From Takakia lepidozioides (taxonomy: Eukaryota; Plantae; Bryophyta), in assembly GCA_030704615.1 (NCBI GenBank), contig CM060732.1, forward strand, positions 3,782,001 through 3,846,000: 64,000 nucleotides of DNA, given 5' to 3'. The notes beneath the pieces are model-generated. The model saw only the letters and a list, made by a program, of their open reading frames with translations. It was not told the origin of the DNA and did not search any database. Made by a program: the position numbers and the translations under genes. Below are positions 26,558-39,974 of the stretch, in pieces (position 1 is the stretch's first letter; each line of letters starts with the position of its first letter).

Positions 26558-27837
26558 TCATTTTGAACAAGAAGATCCACTGCTAGAGGAGTTTAGGGCC
26601 GAAACTGAAGCACAACTATCAATGAACACCCTAGCCCTGCTATCCACATTTCCCCGATGGTCGCAAAGCAGAGATGATGCTCTAACTGCAGCCTCCACAT
26701 AACACGACAATTCAAGAAGGGGGGGCGGACTTGGAAAGAAGTTTGGTTGGCAAAAAAAAAGGGAGGAACCTCGATATTCTTGGACTCTTGCAAAAACATC
26801 CCAAAGTTTCATGAGAATCCCACAGTCTGTCACCACAGTGGAGGCCCAACGGAAGAAGAAAAACCTGACAAAGAATAACGTAAAAGAATGGTGTAGACTT
26901 ATTCACAATCAAAATCGTCGTGAATCTCCATGTCCTCGTGATCCACCGCACTGCTGCGACCGCCCCCTCTGTCTGCGTGGCTGAAGTCGAGCCCTCATGG
27001 AGAGGAGCTATCACCTCATTGTAGAGGTTAGCATCGCCATCAAAGGCGAACAGATGCCTTCTTGCTGCCTTGCACGCATGGAATGAAGCCCTTGCATGTA
27101 AAACCGAACAATGAGCAAAGAGTAAGGCCTCACTGCAATCTAATAAGAACAGCAAATGAAGGCAGAACATTGCGAGATTGTCACTGCAAAACCACGAACC
27201 TGTTCCAAGAGTGAGATCAACAACTCGGGACCCACGAACGCTGCAAGACTCGATGACAGTCTGCATGAAGGCCGGACTCTTCTCCCGTGCACCTCTCCAT
27301 GGGTCATCGGACGCCCGCAACACTGTAAGTGTTACGTCCACATAGTTGTAGATGAAATCATCATCCACCGGATCGCAAGAGGAGTCAACATGCGCCCCCC
27401 CCCTTCAGGACTTCGAACTCCTTCACGGAAGACGGTGTGGATGGGTGACATTCTCTTACAAGACAGTGCGCGTCGAAAGCACGAGTCTACACAAACAAAC
27501 AGGGAAGACACTGGAGTGGCATGGAAGCCGGGGCCGGGGAAAGATTAATGGCAACAACACTTGTACCATGCTTGCGTCAACGCAAGCATGGTGGAAGGAG
27601 AAGGTGACACAAAAACGCAAAACACAAGCTTCAAAACCATAGTGACATTTCTGGAGGGTTGAAAGCAAATGATGAAATGAGAATGTACCTTTTGGCTTGG
27701 GAAGTCCCCCTTTGTGAGTGGCAAGCTGTTCACCCCATTCCAACTTTTAATGACCTTCATTCCACCCAACTTGAGGAAACCAGCGAGTTGGCGCCGACAC
27801 TTCGCATTGGCTGCTTGGAGGATGAGCAAACATATAC
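26558..27837 (-). pseudogene. beta-class DNA amino-methyltransferase (N4C/N6A, N6_N4_Mtase-like) exons
   Basis: Exon 27837-27689 (GICLLILQ...GGMKVIKSWNGVNSLPL). Exon 27486-27200 ends PWRGAREKSPAFMQTVIESCSVRGSRVVDLTLGTG and continues ASFHACKAARRHLFAFDGD. This parallels the motif X-I-II consensus (QKPxxLxxxLIxxxSxxGDxVLDPFxGSGTTxxAAxxxGRxxxGxE). No DPPY/SPPY exon found; frameshift in a G-run at about 27400. Confidence 0.75.
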
Positions 27838-28639
27838 CTGCGATGAAAGCAAACAAAAAATTAACAGAAGCCAATCAGTGATATTAGAACAGCCAGAATA
27901 TCTTCGCAACACTGATCCCTATATGTGTTGTGGATACAACACACTGTAAATACAGGCTGGAATCATGCTGGTATCAACGCAAGCCTGATCCGAGGCCTAA
28001 GAGAAGTCCCCTCACCCACACTGCCCACTGTCCGTATTCATGCTTGCGTCAACGCAAGCATGATCCAGTCATGAAAAAAGACCCCTCTCCCACACTCTGT
28101 GCACTTGGATGGACCCAGAAAAACTAGCAACCCTCTCCTCCTAGTACTTTGTATTCATCCTTGTGTCAACGCAAGCATGATTCCAGTCTTGCAAGAAGTC
28201 CAAGGACGACTCCTCGGTTAGTGGCAGCATGGAATATGCCATAACCTGCGCGGAGTCAGTCCAAAGCCATTTTGTAAAATAAAGTCAACCACCAGAAGCG
28301 AACAGGGTCATAAAACTTCAATTCTACTTGCGTTAATGCAAGCCTGATCCTGTGTAGCTAGGAAGTGAAATTTTGGTTGAATGCAGAACTCACCGTGTAC
28401 ATATACTCCAGTCAGGGATGCCTCGGCGTGAGCCTCGTCGCTTGAGCGCGTGAGTGCAGCTGCGCTCACGCCATGTCACCTTGCGCCCACGCCACATCAC
28501 CGGGCTCACTCCACATCATCGCGCTTAAACGCCGCGTCACCGCGTGCCAAGGAAGAAGCGGAGTGTATTTCCGCGGAAGAGCACCCTTAACCGCGGAAAC
28601 AAGTTGGACAACATAATAAAAGGACGTGGTCATTCCCAC

Positions 28640-28990
28640 CTGAAAGCAACAGATGAATGTAGGATGGATGAAACATAGATGGATGAGTGCGAACAATGCA
28701 AGTAGATGGATGAATGTGTGATGGATGAGAGTACAATGGATGAATGTATAATGGATGTTGAATAATGGAAAACATTCATGAATGGAGGATGCATGAATAC
28801 ACATTAGATGAATGCACAATGTATATGACATGAGTGTGTGGGGTTTGTAAGATGGATTCGAAAGTATAGTGGATGAATGTACAATGGATGTTGAATAATG
28901 GAAAACATTCATGAATGGAGGATACATGAATACAGTGTAGATGAATGCACAATGGATATGACATGAATGTGTGGGGTTTGTGGGATGGAT
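28640..28990. repeat. (GGATGAAT)-rich intronic repeat with a duplicated block of about 130 bp
   Basis: Many ggatgaat units; aatggatgttgaataatggaaaacattcatgaatggaggat occurs twice. Similar repeats at 26260-26460 and 59275-59350. Confidence 0.7.
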
Positions 28991-29059
28991 TCCTGAAGAT
29001 TGCCATTTCAATCTGAGTGGATTCTTTGTTTCCATTTTTTTCTTTCTGCCGGAACAACT

Positions 29060-29437
29060 GCAATGAAGTAAGGGAATTCAATCTCTCGGGAGACACTAAT
29101 GTGCTTTTCCCATTTGTATCCGTCAGTGACACATAAAAAACTTGTGCACCAAGTCTGTATCCATGCACGAAATCAGTTTCCAATTTGTAATGTCACGGGA
29201 AAGTGGAGAACGCACAACAGGCATAGATATCATCCGGCATATAGGGATGTCAAGACGTCCTCCAGATACGAGCATGTCCCTAATAACCTCCTGGGAGTTT
29301 ACCTTCTGGAATGACATGAGTTCTTTCACCTTGTCAAGGTAGTGCACTTCAGGTTCATCTGTTTCATCGCTATTCTCCGAACTCTTCGCAGAGTCGTCCC
29401 AATCTCCAGAACCTTTTGCCTCTGTTCCTGTTAGCTT
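29060..29437 (-). pseudogene. ParB/Srx-like N-terminal exon of the MTase-bearing gene (5' part continues at about 46633-46645)
   Basis: RLDIPICRMISMPVVRSPLSRDIT/LETDFVHGYRLGAQVFYVSL (one -1 frameshift) resembles the ParB-N pattern. Excising the Ty3 at TSD AGCTT restores the in-frame exon cag|KIVKTKLTGTEAKG. Confidence 0.55.
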
Positions 29438-30375
29438 TGTCAAGCAGCTTTTACTCACCCATCCCTTTGCTATCCGAGGTGGAAACTCCAAGATAGAAGA
29501 GTTGGATATCTCTAAGCACTCAGCCCGCTCAGTACAATCGGTCATGACCTGCAGCTAGTGAATCATGGTTGTGCTTCCCATTTGTATTCCTTCTTGCCTT
29601 CATGTTATCAATTTACCTTATCTGATACTGAAGCATCAGATTGCTTCAGTATCTACTTAGTTCTAGTTTATCATGCATTCATTTCACAGCTTCCCTCATG
29701 TCTCTCTACACAGTGTGCTTGTATCGAATAAGTATCAGATTATGATTTATCAGGTACTAGGCCAATGTCAAGGTGACTCTAATCCGCCCTACAGTATCAC
29801 TACAGCTCTGCATGTAATAAGCATGTACTGTTCATCTTTTCTCCTTCTTTGTCCTCTCGTTCTTGCTCTCCGCCTGATCTCCTCTTTTCATCACCCAGAA
29901 ACGCTCCCCATGAAGTGTCTCTTCTTTCCATTGCCGCTCCCCTTATCTGCCCGCAAGCTGTTCTAACCACCTAACTAATTAACCGTCATTCCTGTAGTAA
30001 CACGTTCCTTCTGCAGATGTCGTTCCCTGTCAATGATAAATGTTCCCCATGTACTGTGACAGGCTGTGTCAAGCTGTGCCGAGCTGTGACTGGCTGTGTC
30101 GGCTATGTCGGGCTGTGCGAAGCTGTGGCGGCTGTGACTGGCTGTGACGGGCTGTGCGAAGCTGTCGCGGGCTGTGACTGGCTGTGTAAGGCTATGTCGG
30201 GCTGTGCGAAGCTGTGGTGGCTGTGACTGGCTGTGTCGGGCTGTGTTGGCTATGTAACCCCCCTAAAGCCTGCTGCTACCACCTCTAAGGCTCCTGTTGG
30301 TCTCAGTCTGCACAAAAATTAAGGGTACCCCACAGAACCCATAAAAGCGTCTAAGTCCCAAGCAGCCCTCTAACA
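29438..30375 (-). repeat. 3' LTR with internal 10-bp (ggctgtg) microarray
   Basis: Matches 45642-46627. Confidence 0.92.
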
Positions 30376-30414
30376 TTTACCCCTCCCCCTCTCAAAAAGC
30401 CGTGTCCTCACGGT

Positions 30415-33400
30415 TTACTGTTTGGGATTAGCAAACCTTTGTGAGCGAGCACCCTTCTGACGGTGAGAGTCTCGTGAAGGACTCCGTGTGCGAGCCCGAA
30501 TCCTGTCACTGGTTGACAGAGATGATTGAGCACTACCTGGAAATGTCTGACCCTCCTTTGGCTGATAACGAGGTAACCTCTCAGGCATAGGAAATCCCCG
30601 TCGTTTCTTCTCTGCCATCTGAAGTGCATAGTCCTCTGCCATGTCAAAAGAGTCCGCTGAAGAAATAGTAGTATCAGAATCCTCGTCTCCCCTTAGGTGT
30701 TTTAACAGCCGAACTTTAAGTGGAATCCTGTGTGGCATACAATGTTGTCCAACCATATCTGGAAGTTTAAATTGTACAACTGGTTGTAAGCACTGGCACG
30801 CAAAATTAGTGAACGTCCTGAACTCCTTATCTGTATAGGTAAGAGGTGTGCCAATGACTTGGGAACAGTGCAAGTATTTCCATGCCTCATGTCCCTTAAA
30901 GAAAATATCCTCAGGGCCAAATTTCTGTGTTGTCAAATTGTTCCAAGCCGAATGAAACCATGAACGAAGTTGGGAATCCTTCTGCATCATAACTTTTGCA
31001 TCATATAGGTATATATGAGGTGGCACTGAAGGTAAGACCCAATGATCCCCACTGGAATAACTCAGAAATCGCGATTGCATCCTCTGCTGCTCAATGTGAT
31101 AACGTGCCAGAAAACAAGCAGCATAGTATAATCCACAGCCTATGACAATACTTGATACCTCCTTGGTTTTGGTATAAATGTACCCATGTACAACTTGGAA
31201 GGCAATTAATTCCTTCAACATGGTACCTGCTTCAGACCAGTACCTCGCAAAGTGATGATCTCAATGGGTCGATTGTTCGGAAGAACCTTAGTCCTAGTCG
31301 CCATTGGCAGCCAAATGCGCATGATCTGGTAGTAATGAGCCAACGACTGTGGCGGACTAAATTCCTTCCAAGCCAAATCCAACACAATGGGAATTTGGTT
31401 GAAGGGCATAATCATAGCCCGACTATACTCCCGTGCAGCAGGAGTCTTAGGTGGGTTAAAAGCAGCATCCCCCCATACCTCAAGCTGTGGTGTGGCTGTA
31501 GTAACAACAGGGTCAGTTACCTTCACAGTCACTTGCTGTGGTATTGGTACCACTGGCCCTTCTACCACTGGCATCTCCTGCACCCCTTGCGAAGAAGACT
31601 GAAAAATTAGAGTTCTGGCATGTAAATAAGTAGCCATCAGCTGCTCCTCAGGTACAAAGACTCTCTTGTCAATATTTGAACTCAGGTCATCCACCTGAGT
31701 CTGCAGGCCTTCTACATCCTCCTGTAGCTCCACTATTCTACTATAGACATTGTCTATAGTAGTTGTGGCAATGTTCTGCACCTGCAGTCTGAGCTCATTC
31801 ATCTTGCCCTGGGTGAGCTTCCGTGGTGCTTTGCCTTCCACCGGCCCTTGTGCTAACCAGACCTGCATAAGGTGGTTATCCACCAAGTCGTGTGTGGCAC
31901 CCCTGAGAGTCTGCTCCTTTGAGAGCTTGTACACATCTAACTGCTGCTGTAAAGCCTCCATGCGCTTTGCATGAGGTTCAACCAAACTCGCATAGGCAGC
32001 AGCCAGATTATTGGCTTCCTTCCGAGCCTTGTTAGTCACAGAGAGTTCATTTCTATTGACCATGACTGTTTGTTGCAACTCCAGGATGTACCTCTCTTGG
32101 TCAGCCTCAACCTGTCTGTATTGCTTGAAAGTATTCTCATTGCGACAGATTGTATTCTTCATATCAACAATGAGTTTCGCCTGCTCGATTATCTTTGCCT
32201 CTGCCTTCATACATTTCTCCCCTTGTCTGTTAACTTCTAATGCAGTTTGCTCAAGAGTAGTTGTGAGTGTAGCACATTGTATGGTCATCCTCTCATGTAC
32301 TGCCTGCAACTCTGTATGTAGTGCATTCACTTCTTGCAACTTGCCCTCATGCTTCACCTGCATTTGGTATAACTGTTGTTTATGTGCTTTGTGCAACTGG
32401 TCCTACGCGAGGCCTGCTTCAATCAAATGTCCCTTGGCCAACTGCAAAGCAGCCTTTATGTCCTCTAACTCTTGCTGTAACTTGAGATTGACCTCCTCAT
32501 CGACCTTGTTTGCACACTCAGTGGCAAGTTGAGCCTCAAACTCCTTCCTGAGTTCCTCCCTCAAAGCTGCCAATTGGGTAGATGGAACATGGGATTTCAC
32601 ATAAGTGCCCAACAAATTAAGTGTTCTGCTTATGGAACTCATAAGCATGGCCTGCTGAGGGTCATCATGGTGAGCTTGCTGCTGTTCTTCCTGATCCTCG
32701 ACAGTGTGATGCCTCACCAACCATTCAGGCCATTGCCCCACCAAATTCTCTTCCTGAACCACCTCATCCGCCACAGGTGCTGCAGTGTCTTGATATTCTA
32801 CCCCTGGTACCTCCATCACAGGTGTGGGTATTACATGCACAGCAGGGTTTTCCCTGGACAACCGCTGCACCTCTGGAATCACTGATTCCCTTACCAAGCC
32901 AGAGTTTTCATAGAGAAGGTCACCATTTTCAATTTCGGCCACGACCTGCTTTGTCGTGGGTATGTCCAACCTTTCTCCTTCTAGAGCAATTGGGGGTGAA
33001 GTCATAGCATGTACTAACTGTGGAACCTCCAAAACATCTGAGTCAATTGGTTGTGGTGGCTGTGGTATCGAATTGACTTCCTCTTCCCTCTCTGAAGGCC
33101 GTGCTTCCAATAATAGCAGCTCTTTGTGCTGATGTGCCCCATCCTGCACAAGAGCTTGGGAAACATTATCGTGCGGTTTCCGTGAAGCCAGTGGATCCGC
33201 CACTATAGTCATACCCTGCCTCTATCTCTTAGATTGGTGTTGCCTTGCCAGTCCACCCTCACTGTGTGAAGAGCCCTGCTCTTCAATTGCAGTGGTTTCT
33301 GCCTCAAACACTCTCATCTCCTTACGTTCCCGAGTATGCAAGAATCAAGAATTATTTGGGCAATGACTGGACCGGACACAATGATCGGAGACTTAGCAGC

Positions 33401-34270
33401 AGTGCCCTATAACCTCTTCATCTCGTCCACCAATCCGTTGTACATTAACTCCGCCCAAGCAACATCCTCTCCCCTCAAAGCTTTCAGGATCTCCTCTGTG
33501 ATTGACCTACTCAAATACTGTTGATTCTGTTTCATGGCAAACAGAACGTTCAATATTTGGCCAACTTCCCTAAGCCTGGGTACTCAGCTTTGATACAAGC
33601 GTAACCTTGAGTTTTAAAGAAACTCCCTTCTTGAAACAAATTCCCTATCTGCAATCTTGCCCTGTGCTCATCCACATGTCCTGATGACAAATCAAACAAT
33701 TGCTGCAAGTACTGGGGAGTAATTTCTATATCTACTCCCCTCACCTGAGTAACTCCCGCCCGAGGCTCAAAATTCTGAAGAAATTGTATCATGAACTGCC
33801 GATGATGCAAAGACCAGTCCTTGCGTAGCAGCCCCTCCAATCGCAACTCCCTTAGCAGCTGTACTGCCTGCGGTGCTGCAATTGTTTGCTTCTGCTGTAT
33901 CGTGGTGCTCTTCACCCTGATATCCTCCATTCCCCTACAGAATGGAACAGGTAAGTGCGTGTAAGCCTGTGGGGCTTGCAAGTAACGAGTGAGAGAAAAT
34001 ATACTCTCAATGCTTCCGTCATTGCGCCACTGCGTGAGAAGTAAAGCGAGTGTGTAATCCGTTACATCTGCCATAGCTACAAAACTAGTGCTTTGATTGC
34101 CCCTGCCGTCAAGACCTTGGCTATTCCGAGCCACCCCGACTCTTCCGCTCATAACACTTCCTATTTCTTGTTCTTGTTTCTTGGAGGGAACTACCTGCAT
34201 GTAATTCACACTCCTGATTGGCTGTGGACTACTTAGGTAATTTCTTAATTCCACCCCCTCCATGGACATT
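30415..34270 (-). pseudogene. long sense-strand extra 3' ORF of the Ty3 element (about 1.2-1.3k codons, broken), with coiled-coil region
   Basis: Four abutting ORFs (33550-34308, 32403-33212, 31215-32396, 30415-31221) between integrase and PPT. N-terminal FMIQFLQNF...VRGVDIEITPQYLQQLFDL and GEDVAWAELMY resemble plant retrotransposon accessory proteins. Confidence 0.7.
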
Positions 34271-34869
34271 CCCACCTGGAATGTCCAGTAGGACAGCACA
34301 TGTGGCATAGGTTTTTTTTTTTTTACTCGGAAAGGGTTCCGTTACCCTTACACTGAATGCATTAATGGGCCCACAATTTGTATTAGCTGTTGTACCGGGT
34401 AGGTACTTTGACGGCCCGATTTGTCCTCTTGCATGATGAAACTCACTCTTGCAATCGATGCAGCGCGGTGTGCTTCGCCTTAGCGGCCACGTGTCCGTTT
34501 CTAAACATGCCCCCGACTTCCCCTCTCCGCGTGGCACATTCTCCAAGTTTGACTTCCAAACTTTTTCTTCACTTGATGGCCACTTTTCTAACGTTAATTC
34601 GTGTCCACCTGTCACGGACCCTATGGACTGTGTAACCTGTATGGGCTGTGTTGGGCTGTGACAGGCTGTGTGGCACTGTGGTGGACTGTGATAGGCTGTG
34701 TCACGCTGTGATGGGCTGTGATAGGCTGTGTGACACTTGTACTTCCTGCCCTGATCATACACGCTCGGCTTAACGACAAGTGCTCCATACTCCGTTGGTA
34801 TCACTGGCGCAGCCCGTGACTGTTTGCGTTTCAACATGCAAATCGTGCTGCAATGGTTTGTCATGGATA

Positions 34870-37097
34870 CCACTGTACCCCTTCAACTTATTGGCATTGA
34901 CTCTTCCCAGCATCTCTTTGTTAATGGTTTGTAACATGGTTGTGTTGTTATCATACATCTTTTGTATGACATAAGGTCCCTTCCATGGTGATTTAAGCTT
35001 AGAAGCTTTAATCTTCCCCTTCTTCTGCAACCAGAGAACCAAATCTCCCGTCTTAAAAGTCTTTAATTTGCCTTCATCAAACTATTCCTTCCTCTTCATC
35101 TGAATTCTGGTCATGTTATCAGCTGCATCAGCACATACTTCTTCCACATGGTATAATTCATGTTTCCTGACCTTAATTGAATCTTTCAATTCCATTCTCT
35201 TTCCCCATTCAGTTCTCATGGTAGGTAACAAGAATTCCACTGGAAGTAAAGCTTCCATACCATAAACTAATTGGAATGGTGTATACTTAGTGGTAACTTT
35301 ATATGAAGTCCTGTATGACCACAAAGCTGTCAGCAGCTTTGTATCCCAATCTGTTCTGTTTGCATTGACTATCTTAGCCAAATAGTACATAATATTTTGT
35401 TGGTAGCCTCTGCCTGCCCATTACCCTGTGGGTAATACGTTGTACTCTTCATATGCACAATCATGAACTCTTTAGTCAATAGTTCAATGGTCTCATTAAT
35501 GAAGCGACTTCCCTGGTCACTGATAAATTCCAAAGGACAGCCAAATCGTGTAAGTATGTTCTCATACAGGAACCTTGCTGTGGACTTGGCTGTGTTGTCC
35601 CTCAGAGCTTTAGCTTCCACCCACTTCGTAGTATAATCAGTGGCTGTAATTATGTACTTATTCTGTGTGTTCTTGGCCGGTGGGTTAATTGGTCCAACAA
35701 AGTCTAGTCCCCATTTCTGAAATGGTTCAGTAGGCATCGTAGGATGCACAGCCATCTTCCCAGATCTCTGCAAAGGTCCTAGCCTCTGACATTCATCACA
35801 ACTCTGACAATACTTGTGTACATCTTTGAACAAAGTAGGCCACCAGTAACCTGCAAGTAGTATCTTCTTACTGGTAGTCTCTTCTCCAAAATGACCTCCA
35901 GCCACTCCTTTATGAACTTCCTCCAAGACTTTATTTACTTCATGGTGGTACAAAGATCGTTTAAGTACTCCATCAGGTCCTAGCTTATACATTCTGCCCC
36001 CTACCATAGTATAAGGTAAAGCCTTGATAGCGATTCTCTTCCTCTGCTCCTTATCATAACTAGGTGGGCACTGACCATGAGTAAGGTAGTATCTGATTGG
36101 CCACTGCCAATCTAACCATTCATCTACACTTCCCTACACCTCCATTGCAAATAAATTCGCATCAGGTAATTGGTCGTCTACTCCTGTGGCGGCCTCTCCT
36201 GTTGTTAGGCGTGACAAATGATCTGCCACAAGATGCAAACGGCCAGGCTTGTAAACAACTTCGAACTCAAACTCGTGCAAGATTATTAACCACCTTGCTA
36301 TCCTTCCACTTATCAAAGGTTTGTTCACCAGATATATCAGAGCCTGGTGATCCACATAAAACATAAACTTTCTTCCCAATAGGTAATGCCTGAATTTCTT
36401 GACTGCATAAATCATTGTCAGTGCTTCTCTTTCAGTTGTGCTATAGTTCCTTTCAGCACTGTTCATCAACCTGCTAGCATAGTACAAAGGTGAATCTATA
36501 TTTCCTGTAACATTTTGGGCTAACACCGCTCCCAACGTTTCTCCTGAGGCATCACAATGAACATGAAATACTACATGTCAGTGAGGGTTAATCAGCACAG
36601 GTGTAGTTGTTACTGACAATGTAAGTTCCTCAAAAGCCTGTTGACATTCATCTGTCCATGCAAACACTGCATCTTTCTTCAGAAGCTTGCTCAATGGTGC
36701 TGCTATCTGTGCATACCTTTTGACAAATCTTCTGTAATAACTGGTTTGTCCAAGAAATTTCGTTAGACTCTTAACATTTACTGGTGGTGGAGAGGCTTTA
36801 ATGGCCTCTGTCTTCCTGGGATCCACAAGAAGTCCCCTCTTACACACAATGTGTCCCAAAAGCACCCCTGAGTTCACACAGAAAGTACATTTCTCTGGAT
36901 TCAGGCCCAGACCTCTCATCCTGCATCTGGCCAAACATAACTCCAATTTATGCAAGTGCTCATTCTTAGAGCTGTACACACTGAAATCATCCAAGAACAC
37001 CTGCATGAAATCATCCAGATACTCATGAAAAGATTCATTTATCACTCTCTGAAAGGTTGCTGGTGCATTACAAAGTCCAAAAGGCATGACTTTGTAT
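34870..37097 (-). pseudogene. Ty3 pol 3' half (RT C-term, RNase H, integrase with GPY motif)
   Basis: MPFGLCNAPATF, FLDDF, HCDAS, ERNYSTTERE, HHCC zinc finger, WGLDF, SDQG, QGNGQAE, PWKGPY. Confidence 0.93.
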
Positions 37098-38227
37098 CAC
37101 TACAACAGATGAGCGTTTTTATGACTGCACATATGACTATTTTTTCAGTCCTATATGCGTTCATGACTATATCACTCTGCAGTGAAAAAAGCCCTGTCAT
37201 AGCGACTAGTCTTTAGGACTGCGTTTTGCAAGTCATAGCCGTGACTGCGTGCGTGGCACCTGGAGTCATGTTGTAGAGAGGATGTAGTCACAACTATATG
37301 ATTTATATATGACTAACTATATGACTACATGTCTACAAAGTATAACTCCATTGGAGAGGCGTCAGAGAGACATATGTAGCACTCCGGATGTGACACGTGT
37401 CCACATGGACAACATATGTGACCCACACGTGGGAAAGAATATCGTATCATATAATGCCACGTTGCCATGATGTAGTCATGAGTATATAACTTCATGACTA
37501 AAGAGGATTTTTAATAATATTTTAATTTAATAAATTAAATCATACATAATATTTAGATTATTAATTGATTTAAATTCTCATTAGGTATCTAGGAAAATAG
37601 AATGGAAGCCATTGTTGTCTTTTTTTTATTATTTTTATTTTTGTTAACAAAGAGGGATAGTGGGGACATTGGCCTCTAGAACTTTATAGGTAATGGACAT
37701 AAAATGTCCTTGGATACAAAGAGGAAAAATAACCTCTGGATAAGTGCCATAGAGGCTGAAAGAGGAAGACACAGCTTCGCGTACCAAGACAAGAAAGAGT
37801 AGTAAGAAGGAAGGCAAGCAAAGAAGGGGGTCTGTATAGAGCTAAAGAGTCTAGCAGGAAAAGAGACTGCAGCCAGAAACTACTGCCATAACTTGGAAAT
37901 AGAAAGGCACCGAGCTAAGGAGAAGAACTGAAAATCAGCTAACAATGTCATAAGAAAGCTAGGCCCTAGGCCTAGCCTTCCACTTCCTAAAAGATCTACA
38001 GATGGAGACACATCCCTGCAGGGGTCGTGCTCTTCAGCTCAAGACCAACCAATTGATCATCTATCCATGCAAGTTTCTTGTAGCTATCCTTCCACAGGGA
38101 ATCATATGTAATCTGGAGATTGAAATCCGACCCTCTTGGATGAATCTGGACCCATGCACTCTATCCCTGCTCCTTCAGCTATCCATGCCTCTGCACAAAT
38201 CATGTATATATGTATCATGTATCAGAG

Positions 38228-38230
<3 letters not shown>

Positions 38231-38281
<51 letters not shown>
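38231..38281. repeat. (GA)n microsatellite
   Basis: About 25 GA units. Confidence 0.95.
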
Positions 38282-38284
<3 letters not shown>

Positions 38285-39974
38285 TTACGATGTCACATTC
38301 CCAATCTCTGGGGGGAGCTTAAGAATACAGTTCGTAATAAAAAAAGCCCTTTAAAAATACTGGTTTGGTAATTCTTGGGTTCAAATAGCTTAAACAAGTA
38401 TGTTGTAAGCTCTATGGTCTTTGAGAAAACAATTCCAGCAGGCCTAAGAGTGAGAGCTTTGATGAAAACAATTCCCTATTACAGCTTTAAAGGACTTGTA
38501 TGTTCCTAAAAGCACAAGCTGAACTGATTGTACTTCCATAAGTAGATGCAAGGCTATGGTATGTATCCCAGGGCCTTATCCAGTCACTCTATCAAGTTTT
38601 AGAGAGATCCTCAAAAATACCAGTCTGTAATCAGGTTATAATCTCCATGGGGGAGCTTGAAAGAATGTATGTGTTCTTAAAAAGGCTTACCCAATGCCTT
38701 ACTTAATACATTCTAAACTGGTGAGGCATAAACAACACTGTCTGACTCTCCAAAAGGCCAGAAAACAGGTATGGAAAAATGCATCCAATGTCACACTTGC
38801 ATCACCAAACCCTTGTCATCACAACCAGCCCGAACCTTCACAATAAGGTCTGATTTCTAGGAGGCCCAGCCCATTTACTTCCCTGACTTAACAGATTTGG
38901 TTACCAAGAACCAGAAATCAAAGTAAAGGTTTAAGGCATATCCCCCTTGAAGCAGCTTTGAAGCAGAAAATTGCAACAACGGCAGCTTGCAGCATATCTT
39001 ATCCCTCCTGCAGTAACCAGATCATCTGCAAGCCAAAGAGTTCATGCCAAGTGAAATCCCTCACTTGCGCCCGTCCCAAAAACAAACACAAAAAATGTTT
39101 TGTGCGTTAGTGAGGATGAGCGAGGTGAATTACAGGATTTCACAGTTGCTATCCATGTCAAGTATGAGCCATAAAGCATGCAAAGATCACAGAACCAACA
39201 GAAGAAAGCATAGATGTGACCCACAAAGAACCTCAATCTTTTGTGGAGTAGGACGTTGCAGTGTTCATCATCTGAATTTGAACGAGCACAACAGAATGCA
39301 ACGGGAGGAGAGTTGAGGACAGGTTGTATCTTGTAATACAGGCCGCTTCCCCACCTCCATAACCGCCGCTGCTTCATCAATGAGGAAAAAACGTAGGCAA
39401 ACATAACAGTATGTCATTTGCCATCGCGGGAGATGAAAGTGTCTGCCGTCATCGCGCGTTCAAAAAACAAGAACACACCCGTTCGGATCTTGCTGCTCGG
39501 GCATTCAGCTGCCATCAAGCATTCGTCCGCCATCGCCCTCTTCCAGAGAAAAAAAACACGCACGATATCGTGCTGTGTCTAGGGCAGAGAGACACTTAAA
39601 GGAAAACCACCCGCGATTTCATCCACCATCCGGTATGGATGGTATCAGACCAGGATGAAAAATGGGCATTCAATAGGTTTAAATCAAAGGAGCATAAACC
39701 TAAAATGCATTGAAATGCATATCTGCCTGTAAATCATCCAGTTATGGTTATAACAGAAATTTCATTCAGTATGGATGAAACCTTAAAAACCCTCTTGGAT
39801 GAACCTGGACCTCTATCCCTGGTCCTTTAGCTACCCCTGTCTGTGTACAAATCATGAATACTTGCTGCTAGCAGCTGACACTGACGGCGTGAAGTTCTTC
39901 CAGCAAACCCCAACCCTAATTATTACAGTAGTTCTAATTCTAAATTGCATCTACTTCTCTCTAGTGTAGTCCAA

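Noticed and set aside
27092-27199. Hydrophobic insert inside the MTase ORF 26712-27368
   Set aside because: Most likely an in-frame 108-nt intron: GT donor, damaged acceptor, and it splits the GTG-AS motif.
29438-29545. N-terminus MTDCTERAEC... of ORF 29123-29545
   Set aside because: It lies in the LTR and is a chance fusion; the true upstream sequence is beyond 46632.
37615-38130. Possible truncated LINE 3' end inside the CACTA
   Set aside because: Only a T-rich tail and vague coding character; no motif I could support.
38002-38354. ER-repeat ORFs
   Set aside because: Translation of the (GA)n microsatellite.
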